NCBI RefSeq assembly: GCF_009914755.1
Contig: NC_060943.1
Reading direction: 5' to 3' (one strand)
Length of the DNA: 64,000 nucleotides
DNA from: the human T2T-CHM13v2.0 reference genome, Homo sapiens
A model generated the notes under the pieces. The model ran no database searches, had not been told where the DNA came from, and worked only from the letters and a program-made list of their open reading frames with translations. A program made the translations under genes and the position numbers. The first letter of the stretch is position 1. Every line of letters begins with the position of its first letter. Below are positions 51,161-64,000 of the stretch, one piece after another.

Positions 51161-52921
51161 CTTTTTTTTTTTTTTTAAGACAAGTTTCACTCTGTATCCC
51201 AGGCTAGAGTGCAGTGGCATGAGCTTGGCTCACTGCAACCTCCGCCTCTCGGGGTCAAGCGATTCTTGTGCCTCACCTTCTGGAGTAACTGGGACTACAC
51301 GCGTGCACCACCACACCCAGCTAAATTTTTCTGTATTTTTAGTAGAGCCAGGGTTTCGCCATGTTGCCCAGGCTGGTCTAGAACTCCTAGGTTCAAGCGA
51401 TCCACCTGCCTCGGCCTCCCAAAGTGGTGGGATTATAGACGTGAGCCACCGCACCCAGCTTCTGGCAGCTTTTTAGTAGGTTCTATCATATTTTCTACTA
51501 GGACAATTCTGTTGTCTGCATATAAAATTTTTTACTTCTTCCTTTCCAATCTGTATGCGTTTTGTATTTTTCTTGTTACATTAACCAGAACCTGCAGTGT
51601 ATTGTTAAATAGAAATTGAGAGACTAGACATTCTTGTCTTGTTTCTGGTCTTGGGAGTAAATCATTGAATCTTTTACCATTTAGTAACTATCTTTTTAAT
51701 CTTTTTTTTGATAACACCTATTGGGTGGGAAACAGTATTTGTAGTTTTTTATTTTTATTTCCCTGGTGGCTAAAGATTTTTATTATTTTTTTTTTCTGGG
51801 CTTAGCTCGCCTGAAAACTAAAGATATTGATCATCTTTTCATCAGTTTGTTGACTATGTATCTGTCTTCTTTGGGAGAATGTCTATTTAGATCCTTTGCC
51901 ATTTTTAAATTGAGTTCTTTTCATTATTGGGTTTCAAGAGCCCTATAAATTCTAGGTACAAATACCATATCAAATAAATCGTTTACAAGTATTTTCTTTC
52001 ATTCTTTGTGTTGTCCTTTCACTTTCTTGATGATATCCTTTCGAGTGTAAAAGTTTTAAGTTTATTTTTTTCTTATGCTTTTGGTGTCAAATCTGAGAAA
52101 CCATTGCCTAACCCAAGGTCGTGAAGTCTTTTATATTTTCTTCTAGGATTTTTATAGTTCTAGCTCTTAAAGTTAGTTCTATGATCCATTTTGAACTAAT
52201 ATTTGTGCATGCTGTGAACAGTGTATCCAGCTTCATTCTTCTGCATGTAACACCCAGTTACCCTAGCATATGTGTTGAAAAGACTGTTTATCCCATTGAA
52301 TTGTCTTGGCACTCTTGTCAAAAATCAGTTAACCATAAATGTAAAGGCTTATTTATTTGTTTTGAGACTGGGTCCTGCTCTGTTAACCCAGGTTGGAGTG
52401 CTGTGGTGTGATCTTGGCTCACTGCAGCCTTGACCTCCCAGGCTCAAGTGATCCTCCTCCTTGAGCTTCCCAAGTAGCTGGGACTACAGGTATACACCAC
52501 CACGCCTGGCTAATTTTTGTATTTCTTGTAGAGACAGGGTTTCATTTTGTTGCCCAGACTGGTCTTGAACTCCTGGGCTCAAGCAATCCTCCTGCCTCTG
52601 TCTCCCAAAGTGCTGGGATTACAGATGTGAGCCACTGTGCCCAGCATTAAGATTTATTTCTAGACTCTCAGTTCACCTCCATTGTACATGTCTAACCTGT
52701 TTGTAACCACACTGTCCTGATTACTGTAGCTTTAGAGTAATTTTTGAAATTGGGAAGTGCGAGCCCTTCTGTGATCCTTTTTGCAATGCACGGGTTAAGG
52801 TTACTTTTGGAGGTGGTAGAAGGGATACGAATGTTTTAATTTTTTTTTGCAGGACAGTTGGTTGAAAACAGTCTTTTCTCTATTGGATTATTTGTACCTT
52901 TTTTGAAAATGAAATTGATGA

Positions 52922-53134
<213 letters not shown>

Positions 53135-53359
53135 TGAGCCTCCCAAGTAGCTGAGACTATAGGTGCGTGCCACCACAGCTGGCTAACTTGTGTTTGTAGT
53201 AGAGACAGGGTTTCACCATGTTGGCCAGGTTGGTTTCAACCTCTTGGCCTCAAGTGATCCACCCACCTCAGCCTCCCAAAGTGCTGGGATTACAGGCGCG
53301 AGCCACCGCATCTGGCCTGCGGATACTATACATTTTTGATTATGGTAGCTGTCTAGTAA

Positions 53360-53656
<297 letters not shown>

Positions 53657-53929
53657 TAATGGAGATGGGGTTTCACCATGTTAGCCAGGATGGTCTCGAT
53701 CTCCTGACCTCATGATCCACCCACCTTGGCCTCCCAGAGTGCTGGGATTACAGGTGTGAGCCACCACACCCGGCCTTTTCACATAAATTTTAGTGTAAAC
53801 TTACTGGTTTCCATAAAAAGCCTGCCGGGATTTTTTTTTTTTTAACTGAGATTTGGTTTAATCTAAAGATGAATTAGAGAATTGGCGTCTTAATACTGGC
53901 TGTTCTGAACCATAGACACAGTATATCTC

Positions 53930-54297
53930 TGCCGTGGTCTGAATGTTTGCATACCCGCAAAATTTATATGGTTGAAATCCTAATCCCCAGTCCAATGATA
54001 TTGGCAGGCGAGGCCTTTTGGAGATGATTAGGCTAATGAGGGCAGAGCACTAATGAATTAGATTGGTGCCTTTATAAAAGAGATTCCAGAGAGCTTGCTC
54101 ATCTCTTCTGCCTTGTGAGGACACAGCAAGAAGTCACCATCTGTGAACCAAGAAGTGGGACCTCATCAGATGCCAAATCTGCCAACACTTCAATCTTGGA
54201 CTTCCCATTCTCCAGAACTGTGAGCAATACATATCTGTTGTTTATAAGCCATCTAGTCTATGGTATTTTGTTCTAGCAGCCCAAACGGACTAAGACA
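53930..54297 (+). mobile_element. MLT1A-type solo LTR
   Basis: tgccgtggtctgaatgttt...ggactaagaca; 5-bp TSD ATCTC on both sides. Confidence 0.8.
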
Positions 54298-55814
54298 ATC
54301 TCCCCATTAATTTAGGTCTTATTTCTTTCAACAGTGTTTTGTGGTTTTCTGTATTGCACCATTTCATTGATGGTATTATAAATGCTAGTTTTAAATTTTC
54401 AATTTTTTAGTGCTAGTATATAAAATTATTTATATTTATATATAATTTATATTTGACCTTGAATCCTGCAAACTTTTTATAGTTATCTATTCCTGTAACT
54501 TTTTGGAATATTCTACATAAACAAATCTTATGCTCTGTATTATAAAGGCAGTTTTGCTTTCTCTCTGATATCTGTCCCTTTTATTTCTTTATATTTTCTT
54601 AATGTACTGGCTAGGGCCTCCAGTAGTGTTGAATGAGAGTGGTGAGAACACACATCCTTGTCTTATTCCCAACCTTAGGCAGAAAGCGTTCCGTCTTCTA
54701 CCATTAAGTATGATGTTAGCTGTGGGTTTCTTTGAAGACAGCTTTATTAGGTTGACGAAGTTCCCTTCCACTGCTTGTTCACTGAGAGATTTTATTTCAT
54801 TTTTTATTTTTTCAGCATTTATTTATGCATTTTAATTTTTTTCTTTTCTTTTCTTTTTTTTTTTTGAAACAGGGTCTCACTCTGTTGCCCAGGCTGGAGT
54901 CCAGTGATGCAATCATAACTCACTGCAGCTTCTAACTTTGGGCTCAAGTGATCTTCCCACCTCAGCCTCCCATCTAGCTGGGACTACAGTAGTTCACTGA
55001 GAGATTTTATTATGAAAACCTTTTATCATAGAACCATTTCTTAAGACCTCAGAGACCTTTAGTTTGGTGTTTGATAGAGTCTTATGAATAGATATCGTAT
55101 GTAGAAGTTCAAATAAGGTGCGTTTTCATTAACCAAAAGAGTATCTCAGCATCCCTTCTGGGCATTGTTCCCCTGCATTCTCACAGACAGTGGTCCAAGA
55201 TAGAGAAGGGCCTAAGAGATTTTAGCCATGACTTTTGTCTAATGACACAAATCCAATAAAATTAATGGAGATAAATGGGAAAAGGTTTTTTATTGCAAAA
55301 AAAAAAAAAAAAAGTTGGCAAAAGCAAGGTCAACTTTGTCCAAACAAAATGGAAAGAAGTAGTACAAAATGTAAAGAGACCTTTGAACCCCCAAACTGCA
55401 GATAGCAAACAGATGAAATAGGCCTATAAAACTACTCAGTTGAAAATGTTTACTTTTTATGGGAAAGCAAGTATGATTCAGAGTACAGAACTTCAGAAGA
55501 CTCACTCCTGTGGAGCTGCACTGGTGCTTGAGAAACAGATAACATGTTCCTGCCTGAATTTAAGAATTGCTGTGGGTCAGGGGCTGCTGTGGAATCCCAT
55601 TTCTCCCCACCCATGCCTTTTTAATAGGAATGTCTATTTTAACTATCCCATTCCTGTCTCAAACTCTGTATTGGTTTTGTGGGGAACAGATAACTTGTCT
55701 CTTTAGCTTACAAATGTTCAAATCTAGAGGAGCAGGAGTATATTCAAGAAACCAAACCCAAGGACTTTTTTATGATTTTTATTTATGTTTTATTGTTATT
55801 TTTAAATTTTTATT

Positions 55815-56595
55815 TTTATTTATTTATATTTTGAGACAGAGTCTCACTCTGGCACCCAGGCTAGAGTGCAGTGGCACAGTGATCTTGGCTCACTGCAATC
55901 TCTGCCTGCCAGGCTCAAGCGATCCTCTGCCTCAGCCTTCTGAGTAGCTGGGACTATAGGCACATGCCACCATGCCCAGCTATTTGTTTGTTTTTTTTTT
56001 TTTTTTGGTAGAGACAGGGTTTCATCATTTTTCCCAGGCTGGTCTCAAACTCCTGGGCTCAAGCTGTCTTCCTGTCTTGGCCTCCCAAAGTGCTGGGATT
56101 ACAGGTATGAGCCACTGTGCCCAGCCACTTTTCAAAACATTTTTTGAGACAGGGTCTCATTCCATCACCCAGGCTGAAGTTCAGTGATGCAGTCATAGCT
56201 CACTGCATCCTTGAATTCCTGGGCTCAAGTGATCCTCCTGCCTCAGCCTACTGAGTAGCTGAGACTACAGGCACATGCCACCACACCCGGCATGTGTTTG
56301 TGGGGGGTAAGAGGGGTCTTTTTTGCTGTTCTTGCCAGGGTTGGAGTGCAGTGGCACAATCATAGCTCACTGCAGCCTTGACCTCCTGGGCCCAGGTGAT
56401 CCTCCTGCCTCAGCCTCTTGAGTAGCTGGGACCAGAGGCATGTGCCACCACGCCTGACTAATTTTTGTATTTTTTTGTAGAGAGAGGGTCTCTCTCTGTT
56501 GACCAGGCTGGTCTTGAACTGCTGGACTCAAGGGATCCTGCCACCTCAGCCTCCCAGAGTGCTGGGATTACAGACGTGAGCCACTGCTCTTGGCC
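55815..56595 (-). mobile_element. Cluster of three J-like antisense Alus within MaLR-like sequence
   Basis: Alu consensus segments. Confidence 0.8.
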
Positions 56596-57258
56596 GTCTT
56601 TTCTGGATTGCACCTTATTTGGATGACCAGATCCTGGACATAAAACCAGAGTCTACTACCACGGGCATGAGACTTTGGTGTGGCCTTAGGAAGTGGTGAG
56701 AGTTTCTTGTACATGGGAAGTATAAATATTAATAATTTGTAGCCACATGCAGACTCCGATGGTTTTAAAACACGGCCCTAAAATTCTTTGATACTTTTAC
56801 CTCCCCCTTGTATCTGCACTGACCTTTGACTGCATTTCCCAAAGGAGTACAACATAAATGATTCCATGAGATTTCCAAAGCAAGGCCACGAAGGGCCATG
56901 CGGTTCCCTTCTGGCTGGAACATTCCCTCTTGAGATGCTTCCTCCTCTCAGAGTGCTTCCTCTTGGGAACTAGCAGCTATGCTGTAACAGGGAGGGGTTA
57001 CATGTAGATGCTGCCATCAACAGCCACCAGCTGCTGTCTGTTTTTTAGCCATTTCAGGGAAAACATCAGATACAAGAGTGATAATAGAATCCAGATGATT
57101 CCAGCCCCCAGCCTTTGGATTCAGCATCAGCTGTGTAAGACTTCCCAGCTAGGCCCTGGACATTGTGAGGCAGAGAAAAGCCATTCATTCCTCCTGTATC
57201 CTGTCCAAATTCCTGCCCCATGATCTGTTAACATAATAGAGTAGTAGTGGTTCTGTAC

Positions 57259-59946
<2,688 letters not shown>

Positions 59947-61289
59947 TTCTGTATCACTTAAGTTTGAAGTGGTTTTTTTACACAACAATAATAATCAGAA
60001 CCGAACTCATATCCCTTTTTTCTTCTTCTTTTTGATTATTAGTTTCTTCAGTGTACTAGATGGCTGACTGGGAAGATTCCAGGGTCCCAACAGGCTTCAG
60101 AGTTGCGAAGGCTCTAGAGGTACTGTTTGCTCACATAGAGCCTAGGTGTTGAGGGCTTAGACTCTGGAGCCCAGCTGCTGGAATGTGGGCCCTGCAGCTG
60201 TTACTGTTGAGCTGTGTGTCTGGAGCCCTTCCCTTAGCCTTTCCTGAGTCTCATTCTCCGTTGGTTAAATGATGTCATTAATAAGGCAAATGATTTTGTT
60301 GCTAAATGCCAGTGGAAACTTTCTAATAGTCATAACTGTCACAAGGTCTGATGACCTCACAGTTATTTTGCCCTTAACGGATGCCATAAAATGCCCGAAA
60401 AGCTTTCCCGGGGTCAACTCACTTCATTACAACTCCCTGAGGGAGTACCATTGTTAATGTCTTATGTGGTCTGTGTACTATGAAATATCCACCACCATCT
60501 CTGATGGATTCCAGCGCACCTTGTTTCACTTGAGTCTGTCCAGTCTTTAGAGTTAACAGAGGAACCCTAGTTACTGATTCCAGACTTTGACCTCATCCAA
60601 AATTAACAGCAGCCAATTTGCATTCTTCTGGGTTATATATTGTTGGCCAAATATTCAGAATTATTGTGTGCCTCTGGGCAGAGAACTCACAGTTCAAAAT
60701 ATCTTTTTTGTTTTCCTTTGGTACAGGGTCTTGCTCTGTCACCCAGGCTGGAGTGCAGTAGTATGATCATAGCTTACTGCAGCCTCCACCTCCTGGGTTC
60801 AAGTGATCCTCCCACCTCGGCCTCCCAGGAGCTGGGACTACAGGCACAAATCACCATGCCCAAATATATATATATTTTTCAATCTCCTATTTCTTTCCTC
60901 TCTCTTGTTTTGGAAGTTACTCAGCAAGCTACATCTGTCTAATTGGATATGTATGTCCATATCCTGTTAGAATCAAGTATTTCAGAGTATAAGCATGATA
61001 GTAATAAAGCTCGCAATATTATCATTAAGCCACTTACTTTAGAGATCCCATGATGAACCCAAAGTCTCCCCTATTGCGGACCCTGGAGACCGGTTAAGTC
61101 TAGGAGAAATAATATCAAGATTTAGACTGATCTTTTTTTCCCCAATCTCTTTGCCTCTGAGTAACCATTCTTCAAATTCAGAACCACACTCAGGGTAAAA
61201 TATAAGTAAGGGCTGTTTATTTTTTTGCCACTGTTTTGGCATCTGTAGACAATACAGTTTATTTAATTTCAGGTTTTCACAGTTATATA

Positions 61290-62235
<946 letters not shown>

Positions 62236-62329
62236 CATGTTGATTTTCAGGAATTAGAAGAAAATGAGAGTATTGTTGTCATCGGAAATAAGAGGATTGT
62301 TTTGCCAAGCTACTGAAAAAAAAAAAAAC

Positions 62330-62425
62330 TTTCATTCCTTTGTCAACTGCAAGAATGGTAATATTTGACAAGAAAAACCCAACTTGTCAAATACTACGAT
62401 TCTTGCAGTTGACAAAGGAATGAAA
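62330..62425. repeat. Long near-perfect inverted repeat (43-bp arms, 10-nt loop)
   Basis: Arms 62330-62372 and 62383-62425 match at 41/43. Confidence 0.95.
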
Positions 62426-62430
62426 AGTTA

Positions 62431-62824
<394 letters not shown>

Positions 62825-64000
62825 TCAAACATGTCTCTGCTCTGGATCCATAGGTGGCACAATTTTGCCAGTTTTTGATGCATAAATGGTGACAGTATCC
62901 TTTAACAAAATTCCTAAAGTAGTCTTTTAAAAAAATAATTCTGAAAATCTGGCCAATGATAATACAGGACTCGGAAGAAAATACTACCCATTGAAATTGG
63001 AAAGCCTGTTTTCAATTTGGGGTCTGCTTTTTTTTTTTTTAATTGCTTTAAGAGATTAAGGATTTTAGACACAAACACGTCATAAAGTGTTTTTAGATTT
63101 GCATGAACCTACTGTGGTTTAGTATAAATAAACCCCTAACATGAGTGTTACAGATGCCTGTGAGGGTATCTTGGGGGTTTCTACACTGCCTACCCCAAAC
63201 CTGACTGCAGTCAGAGCCAACAGGGCCCCACGTAGGCAAAGGCTATGTCATTAATTCTCAAATGAGATTTGTCCAAGCGGGAAATGCACATCTAGTGCAG
63301 TAGTTTTAGGCCAGCCTTTTTCAGAGCCTCAGGCTCTGCCTGTCACCTTGAAGACATCCATGTGGGTCCCCTCAGGGCTTCTCTTTGCCATAAAAATAAA
63401 ATGATTGCTCCCACCAATGTTTGCGTCCATGGGAGAGGAGGTAGGAGCAGCAGTACTTGTCCTGTGTGTGGGAGACACTTGAAGGGCTCAGTGGGAATTG
63501 TCAGCAGCAGGGAACAGAACAGGTGGTGAGAAGAGTCATTCCACTGAGTTTCTGGGCCTTTGACTCCCTGAAACTTCCTTCTCCTCTATCCAACCTCCCT
63601 CTCCAGAAAAAAAAAAAAAAAATTTAAAAATGGAATCAGTGTAATCAGTGAAGTAGCTGTATTCCAGTGAACAAGCAGCCTGCCCTTGCATCTGCATGCA
63701 TGCAGCCTTGGCGTTTTCTCTAGAAAAAAGAGAGGTTCTACCTCGTGCATGAATACAGGTGGAGGCCAAGACCAGCATTAACAAAGGCTGTGTGTTTGCC
63801 ATGGAGCTCAGGAGGGCTAACAGTCATTTTACTTCTGCCTCCGACCATCACACTTTGTCCCCAGAACAAAGCCAAGAGTCCTTGGTCAATGAAAGTGTGT
63901 AAATATCCTCACACTTCCCCTAGTAGTTCCTTTTTAGGCTGTAATCATGTGCTAAAGAAAAGAACCTAACTTCTTAAAATCTTTCCCTTTTTGGATGTAG

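Noticed and set aside
63200-64000. Start or promoter of the next cluster gene (ZNF177 expected downstream)
   Set aside because: No CpG island or recognisable exon within the window

Overview
Human genomic DNA from a KRAB zinc-finger cluster, recognised as 19p13.2 from the protein sequences. The 5' half of ZNF699 lies on the minus strand (CpG promoter ~11.5-12.4 kb, three coding exons). The complete ZNF559 lies on the plus strand (promoter ~26.4 kb, 538-aa CDS ending 45276). The two head-to-head promoters share sequence and are separated by a nested block of endogenous retroviruses: LTR13, a HERV-I remnant containing a 5'-deleted HERV9 provirus, an LTR12C solo LTR, a MER51-type solo LTR, and an L1PA fragment inside gag. 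Downstream are an exon-skipped UBXN2A processed pseudogene, a Charlie1-type hAT element, a Tigger1 derivative, a 43-bp-stem hairpin and many Alus. Most short ORFs in the track are Alu/L1/LTR artefacts. Gene and repeat family names are from recognition, not database searches; Alu boundaries are approximate.
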